Part shown: in pieces, positions 52,501 to 58,808 of the stretch | Layout: each line of letters opens with the position of its first letter | How positions within the stretch are numbered: the stretch's first letter is position 1 | DNA from: Leptolyngbyaceae cyanobacterium | GTDB taxonomy: Bacteria > Cyanobacteriota > Cyanobacteriia > Phormidesmidales > Phormidesmidaceae | Direction of reading: 5' to 3' | Length of the DNA stretch: 58,808 nt | Assembly: GCA_050331235.1 (NCBI GenBank) | Contig: JBHJHA010000050.1 | Location: forward strand, 1 to 58,808 | Translations under genes and position numbers: made by a program | Notes under the pieces: model-generated | The model's input: only the letters and a program-made list of their open reading frames with translations | The model's database searches: none | What the model was told of the DNA's origin: nothing

Positions 52501-53175
52501 GTGAATCGGAGCCGCCAGGGTAATGCCTAAAACGGGATAGTCGTCCGAGGCAAACTCGTAAATCGGGCTCCAGCTAGCGTGACGACTATCAAGGACAGCT
52601 TGATACCATGGTCGCCCTCGAGGGTCGTAATACTGCGAGCTCAACTGTTCCCGACGCTGCCCAGCTTCATTCAGACGATAAGTAAGCCTTTCGGGGGCTG
52701 TCTCAGGGGTGACTTCCCAAAGAACAGTTTGACCATTGGCGCGCTCCTGAATACCGAGAAAAGACCCATCAGGGTAGCCCAGATAGATGCTGGTGATACC
52801 GTCAGAGGCACGAATTTGATGCCAAAAGTGACGGGCCAGAATTTGGTTGTCCGACAGGGGTAAGTCGCCATAGAACAAGTTGCTGCGGCTATCGCGCTGC
52901 AATAGATTGGGCTGCAGTAAATAGGTTTGTAGATGCTCTCGGATACGGCTGGTGGCTTCTTCACTTAGCTGTGCTGCCAGGTCATCCACAGCTTGTTGAC
53001 CGTTTTGCCATGACAAGGCCGTGGTGAGCCCAACTGCCGTCGCGATTTGCAACACAAAAGAGACCACCAAAACTGAACGTAATGGCAGCTTTCGGCCCGG
53101 AGGCAGCACGATCCGTGAGCGAGATTTGGAAGGGGACATCGAGTGCTGTAGTCGCGTGCGAGCTTGAGGAAGCAA
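49531..53175 (-). CDS. Multidomain sensor: Cache-HAMP-HisKA-HATPase-REC-class III nucleotidyl cyclase
   Basis: YDPRGRPWY (dCache), ANTSHELRTPLNG, NLVGNAVKFT, DTGIGI, LLDIMMP, and cyclase motifs FGDIRDFTSLSE, DKYIGDAIM and TAISDTVNVASR. Confidence 0.93.
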   Translation of the reverse strand: MLPQARTRLQHSMSPSKSRSRIVLPPGRKLPLRSVLVVSFVLQIATAVGLTTALSWQNGQQAVDDLAAQLSEEATSRIREHLQTYLLQPNLLQRDSRSNLFYGDLPLSDNQILARHFWHQIRASDGITSIYLGYPDGSFLGIQERANGQTVLWEVTPETAPERLTYRLNEAGQRREQLSSQYYDPRGRPWYQAVLDSRHASWSPIYEFASDDYPVLGITLAAPIHSDRGKLRGVLALDLTLEQISSYLRTLNISPNGQAFIIERTGDIVATSAEELPFMTLASGEQTRLRATASRQPVIRETAQYLIEKFGSLEQISTAEQFTYKLEGKAQLVQIVPFRDGRGLDWLIVTVIPDADFKGQIVKNTRNTLLLCLLSLIVASLIAGITARWIAQPIHRLSEASKRLAVGTWDHPLPDGRFSELAELSNSFERMAKQLQQSFEQLEGHNQELQRLAKLKDEFLANTSHELRTPLNGIIGLAESLIDGASGPQTRQTKGNLAMIAASGRRLSSLVDDILDFSQLQQNRVDINLRPVGVREAAEVVLTLSRPLAREKKVQLINAVSPKLPPVLADENRLQQILHNLVGNAVKFTQYGMVGISAQIIRQPAGEAESLQPSLPLIFQSQRASAAGKERRKQAPVTETVQKISQNSADPGGAIAVAPGPTIQPLAIEGTPPPSTTATYYLAVTVSDTGIGIPEDKLERIFEPFEQADGSTARVYGGMGIGLAVSKKLVELHGGTFQVLSAVGVGSQFTFTLPITTQAVWRSESPPTAAPLNKISNFADPINRVLSTEAPAGESSAESDLDSNFSSYDRADAVLARSQFLILVVDDEPINRQVIRNHLAVKNYRVVSAASGPEALSLLEEGLRPDAVLLDIMMPQMTGFEVCRKLREQYPAHALPIMMLTAKNQVGDLVMGLSAGANDYFTKPISKSELLARLKTHLYLSKINQAYGRFVPRQFLQFLNKESIVEVELGHQVKRQMSVLFGDIRDFTSLSEQMTPEENFKFLNAFLSRMEPAIAENNGFVDKYIGDAIMALFSRGADDALQASIDMLKRLAVYNRQRIQYGKSIIEFGIGINTGAVMLGTVGGQNRMDSTAISDTVNVASRIERMTRIYSANLLISNHTFLELSDSNAYAMRVIDRVQVKGKVAHVSVYEVFDPDPTEIREGKLKSRTLFETGLAFFYQERFEESRQRFQLCLEICPGDKVARNYFERCCSLL

Positions 53176-53640
53176 TCTAGCTAGGAGCTAGACCACTTGG
53201 CAAAGATCACAGATTGCCGGAATGGTGAACATCGGTCGTGGTTGTAGTTGATGCACCTGCACTAAAAACAAGAGGTTTGAGAAAACGCTTAGTTCCAACA
53301 GGGGAGAACACCATGGTTTCATCGGTGGTTGATAGGCGGGGATAGCGGCCCATAAACTGATTTCGCGGGTTAGCTTCAGTGGCAAAAAAGGGAAACCCTG
53401 GCCTATCCAAAAGGATCACTAGCCAATCCCGAATCCAAGGGGCTATTCAGACATGTTAGACCTACCTATGGGTGCGGGGGGACATTCTATTCTTCGTTTA
53501 GTTATTCCCAGATTCATGGTGATTTCACTGAAATTCTGATTAAGTTTCTGTGGTTTTCCGGTAGCGGTGCAGAGATTCTATACTGTCTAAAGAGTGAATG
53601 TTCGTCATCGCTTCATCGTTATTCCTTTCCTTCGTTTGCC

Positions 53641-56184
53641 TTGATTCAATCTGAAGCGCTTTCTCTGCTGGAGTGGTCCCGTCTTTGTCAGCATTTATCG
53701 ACCTTTGCTGCCACTAAATTAGGCGCGATCGCCGCCCGCCAGTTGACCTTGCCATCAACCCAGGCAGACAGTGAGCGGTTGTTGGCCGAAACCACCGAAG
53801 TACTCCTACTAGAGCAGCATCCACCGGGGCTTGCGTTTGCCGGTATTCAAGACATTAGCGAACCGCTAGAGCGAGCACAGCGTCAAGGTCTCTTACAGCC
53901 TGATGAGTTGCTTGACATCGCCACTACCTTGGCGGGAGCTCGACAACTCAGACGAGCCATCGATGGCTTCGAAGCCGAAGAATTGCCAACCTTAACCCGG
54001 CTAGTATCATCGCTCCGCACCTATCCCGATCTCGAAAAAGAGATTCATTACTGCGTCGATGATCGCGGTAAAATCACTGATCGGGCAACCCCTAAGCTCG
54101 GCGGCATTCGGGAACAACTAAAATCCCAGCGCAGCGAAATTTATCAAAAACTTAACAACATTATCCAGCAACACAGTGGGGCTGTTCAAGAGGCGGTCAT
54201 CACCCAGCGAGGGGATCGCTTTGTCATCCCGGTCAAAGCGCCCCAGAAAGATACCATTTCGGGAATTGTGCACGATGCTTCAACGAGTGGGGCGACGCTT
54301 TACATCGAGCCCAACAGCATCGTGCAGATGGGCAACCGACTACGACAACTCCAGCGTCAAGAGCAGGTCGAAGAAGAAGCCATTTGTCGCGCGCTAACGG
54401 CCAAAGTAGCTGACGTACATGATGACCTAGCCGACCTGCTGTATGTTGTCACCGTATTGGATCTAGCTGCCGCTCGGGCTCGCTACAGCGACTGGCTGGG
54501 CGCTAACGCTCCTCGTTTTGTCACTGAGGGTGAACAGACAACGTTACGTAAACTCCGCCATCCGCTGCTGGTCTGGCAACAGCACCACGAAGCTGGGCAA
54601 GCCGTTGTTCCCATCGATGTCATTGTCAATCCTCGAACGCGGGTAGTAGCGATCACTGGTCCTAACACCGGCGGTAAAACTGTGACGCTTAAAACCCTTG
54701 GCTTAGCAGCGCTGATGGCCAAAGCGGGGCTATATGTCCCCGCCAAGGAACCGGTGGAACTGCCTTGGTTTGAGCAGATTTTGGCTGACATTGGCGACGA
54801 ACAGTCTATTGAGCAGAGCCTATCCACTTTTTCGGGACATATTAAACGGATCAGCCGGATTCTAGCCGCCATTCGGTCTCCGATCGCGACAACGGCTGAG
54901 GACATAACCCGGAGGGGGTTGGATAACCAGCCCGACGGCGAACTGTCCGACACTTTGGTAGCTCCGCAAGCAAACAACGATATCGATATTGACCACTCGC
55001 CAACGGTCGGGCCTCTAGACGCAGCAAGTGCCGTTGAGTCATTGACTAATGCTCTGGTTTTACTAGATGAGATCGGTGCTGGCACCGATCCTTCTGAAGG
55101 TAGCGCCTTAGCGATCGCCCTGCTGTGGTTTTTAGCCGGGCAGGTGCGGTTTACGATGGCAACGACTCACTACGGAGAGCTCAAGGCACTCAAGTATGAA
55201 GACGAGCGGTTTGAAAATGCGTCGGTAGAATTCGACGATGTCAGCCTGTCGCCCACCTATCGTTTACTCTGGGGCATCCCTGGGCGCTCCAACGCGCTCA
55301 CCATTGCCCAGCGTCTGGGGCTTGACTCCGATATCGTCGGCGAAGCCCGAAACCTGATTGGGGTAACTCATCAGCAAGATGTCAATCAGGTCATTGCGGG
55401 GTTAGAGGCTCAGCGTAAACAGCAGGAACAAAAAGCCGATGAGGCGGCAAAGCTCTTAACCGAAACGGAAAAGCTTCATCGAGAGGTATCTCGCAAAGCG
55501 GCATTTCTCGCTGACCGAGAACGCGATCTTAAGCAGCAACAGGAACAGGTGGTTCAGGCGGCGATCGCCGATGCCCGCAAAGAAATTGCCCATGTGATTC
55601 GTCGTCTGCAGCAGGGGGAACCCACCGCCCAAGCGGCTCAAAAAGCGACCGAAACCGTTAATAAAATCGCGGCTGACCACCGCCCGGCTCCCCCACCCCA
55701 AAAATCAAAGCCTGGATACAAACCCCAAGCAGGCGATCGCGTCCGCATTCCTAGCTTGGGGCAAACGGCTGAGGTGTTGGCTGATCCCGACGCTGATGGC
55801 AAACTGATGGTGCGCTTTGGGCTGATGAAAATGGCTGTGGGACTTGAAGACATTGAGTCACTACAGGGCGAAAAAGCCGAGGTGCCGCCGCCCAAGGTTT
55901 CCGTGTCCGTTTCGGCCCCTGCTCCCGCTGTCCCGGCTGCTCCTGCCGTGAGAACATCTAAAAACACGTTTGACCTGCGCGGTTTGCGAGTGACTGAGGC
56001 TGAGGACAAGTTAGAAAATGCGATTGCGATCGCCAACGGTCCGATTTGGATTATTCACGGTCACGGGACGGGTAAACTAAAGCGCGGCGTCCAAGAGTAT
56101 CTAAAGCGACACCCGCAGGTGCAAAAATTTGAAGCCGCCGCCCAGTCTGATGGCGGGACCGGCGTCACCATTGCCTACCTGTAA
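53641..56184 (+). CDS. mutS2: Endonuclease MutS2
   Basis: ITGPNTGGKT, DIGDEQSIEQSLSTFSGH, LLDEIGAGTDP, TTHYGELK, a KOW-like region and Smr domain IIHGHGTGKL. Confidence 0.96.
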   Translation: MIQSEALSLLEWSRLCQHLSTFAATKLGAIAARQLTLPSTQADSERLLAETTEVLLLEQHPPGLAFAGIQDISEPLERAQRQGLLQPDELLDIATTLAGARQLRRAIDGFEAEELPTLTRLVSSLRTYPDLEKEIHYCVDDRGKITDRATPKLGGIREQLKSQRSEIYQKLNNIIQQHSGAVQEAVITQRGDRFVIPVKAPQKDTISGIVHDASTSGATLYIEPNSIVQMGNRLRQLQRQEQVEEEAICRALTAKVADVHDDLADLLYVVTVLDLAAARARYSDWLGANAPRFVTEGEQTTLRKLRHPLLVWQQHHEAGQAVVPIDVIVNPRTRVVAITGPNTGGKTVTLKTLGLAALMAKAGLYVPAKEPVELPWFEQILADIGDEQSIEQSLSTFSGHIKRISRILAAIRSPIATTAEDITRRGLDNQPDGELSDTLVAPQANNDIDIDHSPTVGPLDAASAVESLTNALVLLDEIGAGTDPSEGSALAIALLWFLAGQVRFTMATTHYGELKALKYEDERFENASVEFDDVSLSPTYRLLWGIPGRSNALTIAQRLGLDSDIVGEARNLIGVTHQQDVNQVIAGLEAQRKQQEQKADEAAKLLTETEKLHREVSRKAAFLADRERDLKQQQEQVVQAAIADARKEIAHVIRRLQQGEPTAQAAQKATETVNKIAADHRPAPPPQKSKPGYKPQAGDRVRIPSLGQTAEVLADPDADGKLMVRFGLMKMAVGLEDIESLQGEKAEVPPPKVSVSVSAPAPAVPAAPAVRTSKNTFDLRGLRVTEAEDKLENAIAIANGPIWIIHGHGTGKLKRGVQEYLKRHPQVQKFEAAAQSDGGTGVTIAYL

Positions 56185-56591
56185 ACTTCCCGCCAGGCTG
56201 CCTACGCTCCCTCTGCACTTCATTAAGATTTGGCAGAGAGTGACTGTACGCCGAGGTAATTTATTGGCGATCGCACTAAGGTCAGAAAGAGACGACTGAT
56301 ACCCTGATAAATGGGGTGAGCCAGCCCAGCGGTCATGTCGTTTATCAGTAAAGGTGCCCCCGATCAGGTTGGAAATTTAATCGAATATGGCCTGCCAAAG
56401 TAATAACGATAGGCATTGCGGTGAGCCCTAAAAAAACTTATTGTCTATAGCAAAGTTCGTGAATATGTTTTTGTGCAGTCGCCCTTTCATATTATGAAAA
56501 TTCTATTTAATCGATATTCATCAGCCTCCTCAACAATTGATTTGATAGTGAGAAATTGTTTAACTAGCCGCATTTACATCAGCGTTTGCGA

Positions 56592-58220
56592 ATGAGCCCA
56601 TCTTCCCCTAAAAATTCTTCTGCAGCGATGTCCCGTGGGACTAGGCGCACTAGTGGCCTTAGCTTAAAGACCAAGATTACGGGGGCCATGCTCCTGACCG
56701 TGAGCGCCATTGCTGCGATTGTGCACTTTCCGTGGGCTTACACTTCGCGGCAAAACGTTAACGATATGGTGCGACAGCTCAATAATGAGTTGATGAACAG
56801 CACTAAAAATGAAGTAGATAACCTTTTTGAAAATGTCTTGTCATCTAAGCAACTGATTGAAAGTAGTTTAGATGAAAATCTTTTTCAGCTCGATGATGCG
56901 GAAACCCAAGGCCGTTTCTATCTCAATCTATTGAGAGCAAACGAAAATTTTACTTGGGTTCAATTTGCTTTTGAAAATGGTGACTACTTGGGAGTCAAAC
57001 GACGCTCTGACGGTTTTTATGACCTTATCAAACGACAGTGGGATGATACCCTAGGTGCTCAAGCTGACGCAGGTTCGGAACTGGCAATGATACAGGCTGA
57101 ACGCGCTCAAATTGCCGAAGCCTACGCCCAAGGTCGACCGCTATCTGAAGATTCAATAACGGCGGAAAAAACCGTTGAAACCTACGAATTTGATGCTGGT
57201 GGAGATTGGGAAAAGGTAGAGGAAGTCACTGGTCGCGAATTCTACTATGCACCAATTCGGCCATTTTATCGAGCTGCCTTTGATAATCCAGGCCAAAACG
57301 TCTGGACAGACTTATACGTGTTCCGGACGGATAATGCAGTGGGGATTGATGCGGCAAATACTTATCGAGTGGCAGATGATGCCCCTATCAGAGGTGTCAT
57401 TAGTATTTCCTTTGAGCTTCAGCAGATTTCACAGTACTTAGATGATCTCAAAGACGAAGGTGAGGGAGTTGTCTTTATTGTTGACCCAGAAGGGTTTCTC
57501 ATTGCCTCGAGTGAGCCGCAATTTCTGATGGAAACCTTTACCGGTGAGGCATCCAATGCAGCAGCTGAACTCATGCCCATAGCAAAGGTTGAGGACCCTT
57601 GGATACAGGTTGCCGAACGAGCGCTGAAATCGAATAATGTAGAGCTCAGCAAGGTGATTGGCTTGCAAGAGATTCCCTTCTACGACCCGGAGACTCGTAA
57701 GCGATATTACGTTGCCCTCAAACCCCTCGGACAACTCAACTGGGTAGTCGGCACGGTAACGCCAGAGTCCTTTTTTTTGACGGGCATCAATCGCAACAAA
57801 AATCGCATGCTTATTGTAATTGCCCTGTTTTTAGGTATTGGGGCGGTCACCGTGGTTTGGCTCAGCGATCGCGCCATTGCTCGCCCCATTTTGAACATTA
57901 GCGATGCGGCAGAAGCCGTTGAAACCGGCTCATTTTCAGAGGCTAAGCTAGATGCCACGACTCAGCGTAATGACGAGTTGGGCAAATTGGCTCGTGTATT
58001 TGAAAAGATGGCTAAAGAAGTATACGCGCGCGAGCAGCAGCTCAAGCGCCAATTACAGGCCCTCAAAATTGAAATTGATGAGTCTCGAAAAAGTCGAGAA
58101 GTTCGTGACATCGTTGAAACCGATTTCTTTAAAGACCTAAAAATGAAAGCACAAAACCTTCGAGAACTTCGTCACCGGAGTCGCGCTGAACAGCCGGATT
58201 CTAATGAAGATGTGACCTAA
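56592..58220 (+). CDS. Membrane sensor with Cache and HAMP domains but no enzymatic output domain (start 56586-56628 uncertain)
   Basis: TM1, dCache motifs (YYAPIRPFY, WTDLYVF), TM2, HAMP (RPI...RNDELGKLARVFEKMA) and a short coiled-coil tail. Confidence 0.85.
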   Translation: MSPSSPKNSSAAMSRGTRRTSGLSLKTKITGAMLLTVSAIAAIVHFPWAYTSRQNVNDMVRQLNNELMNSTKNEVDNLFENVLSSKQLIESSLDENLFQLDDAETQGRFYLNLLRANENFTWVQFAFENGDYLGVKRRSDGFYDLIKRQWDDTLGAQADAGSELAMIQAERAQIAEAYAQGRPLSEDSITAEKTVETYEFDAGGDWEKVEEVTGREFYYAPIRPFYRAAFDNPGQNVWTDLYVFRTDNAVGIDAANTYRVADDAPIRGVISISFELQQISQYLDDLKDEGEGVVFIVDPEGFLIASSEPQFLMETFTGEASNAAAELMPIAKVEDPWIQVAERALKSNNVELSKVIGLQEIPFYDPETRKRYYVALKPLGQLNWVVGTVTPESFFLTGINRNKNRMLIVIALFLGIGAVTVVWLSDRAIARPILNISDAAEAVETGSFSEAKLDATTQRNDELGKLARVFEKMAKEVYAREQQLKRQLQALKIEIDESRKSREVRDIVETDFFKDLKMKAQNLRELRHRSRAEQPDSNEDVT

Positions 58221-58242
58221 TTTTAGGTCCGATTCGTTTAGG

Positions 58243-58722
58243 CTAATAAGCTTGACTGTTCGGTTGATTTTGCCATTCTTCAAAGGCTTTAACTGCTGAC
58301 TCAGTCATGTAAGAAACCATTTGAATGGTGCGATCGCCGATAGGTTTGGCAATTTCCGTATAAAAGATTTGACTGTTGAAACCAAACTGGGCTGCAACTT
58401 CTTTGGTGTTGCCAAAATAAACCGTATCTAACCGGGCCCAATAGATGGCACCTAGACACATCGGGCAAGGCTCACAACTGGTAAAGAGTTCACACCCGAC
58501 TAGGCTCCAACTACCTAAGTGTTGACAGGCTTGACGAATGGCAATCATTTCAGCGTGGGCTGTGGGATCCTTTGTTGAAGTGACTTCATTCATCCCTTGA
58601 CCAATAATCTCATTATCTTTGACAACAACGGCACCATAAGGGCCGCCACGATTGGTCCGGATGGCCTCAAAGGAGAGCGCGATCGCCGCTTCCATATGCT
58701 GTTGATTTCTAGTGTTTGTCAT
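58243..58722 (-). CDS. Cytidine-deaminase-fold guanine/nucleoside deaminase (GuaD-like)
   Basis: GGPYGAVVVK, DPTAHAEMIAIR, FTSCEPCPMCLGAIYWAR and AF.EW motifs. Confidence 0.88.
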   Translation of the reverse strand: MTNTRNQQHMEAAIALSFEAIRTNRGGPYGAVVVKDNEIIGQGMNEVTSTKDPTAHAEMIAIRQACQHLGSWSLVGCELFTSCEPCPMCLGAIYWARLDTVYFGNTKEVAAQFGFNSQIFYTEIAKPIGDRTIQMVSYMTESAVKAFEEWQNQPNSQAY

Positions 58723-58808
58723 AAATTTGTAGCGACCAATATTGCCGCTATTCTATCGGGAATTCTCGATGGCGGTGAGGTTCTACACCTGTGGTGGTAG
58801 TCCTAAGA

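Larger units (their letters stand above)
754..58686. repeat. HIP1 octamer GCGATCGC dispersed throughout the window
   Basis: Dozens of copies, for example at 754, 1812, 7270, 8880, 10330, 17890 and 58679, with clusters at 27953-28013 and 31894-31963. This is a cyanobacterial hallmark. Confidence 0.95.

Noticed and set aside
53188..53419. Two overlapping small minus-strand ORFs upstream of the cyclase-kinase gene
   Set aside because: They conflict with each other and have no motifs or RBS. Neither can be supported.
1..58808. CRISPR arrays, rRNA, canonical tRNA, prophage or defence islands; also the many antisense/overlapping ORFs in the track
   Set aside because: I saw no regularly spaced repeats, tRNA consensus motifs, integrase or phage genes. 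The overlapping ORFs are shadows of well-supported genes.

Overview
This is a 58.8-kb stretch of a cyanobacterial chromosome. HIP1 GCGATCGC octamers occur throughout, and the hps locus suggests a filamentous, Leptolyngbya/Nodosilinea-like organism (inference). Most of it is core genome: the hpsA-D-like minor pilin cluster, ggt, an SLC13 permease, hisA, sigA/rpoD, the ssaD-ogdA TCA-bypass pair, cysH, murE, tadA, an XPB-like helicase, an SphS-like kinase, mutS2, a guanine deaminase, several multidomain signalling proteins and one decayed IS630. The main observations are: (1) a tandem [glutamine riboswitch -> 56-aa DUF4278] x2 cassette on the minus strand (43645-44351), with a consensus sigma70 promoter overlapped by an NtcA box and an anti-Shine-Dalgarno helix in each unit; (2) a candidate ~55-nt orphan sRNA with an anti-SD motif (25746-25800); (3) a 50-bp hairpin mini-element inserted at the IS630 frameshift site; (4) three in-frame stops without frameshifts in the first 4.4 kb, one of which splits hpsA; (5) a His-less pseudo-kinase / NarL regulator / CHASE2 kinase / DUF928 cluster; (6) a tRNA-sized four-helix element after ggt. 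All calls come from reading the sequence and recalling motifs. No searches or folding programs were run.
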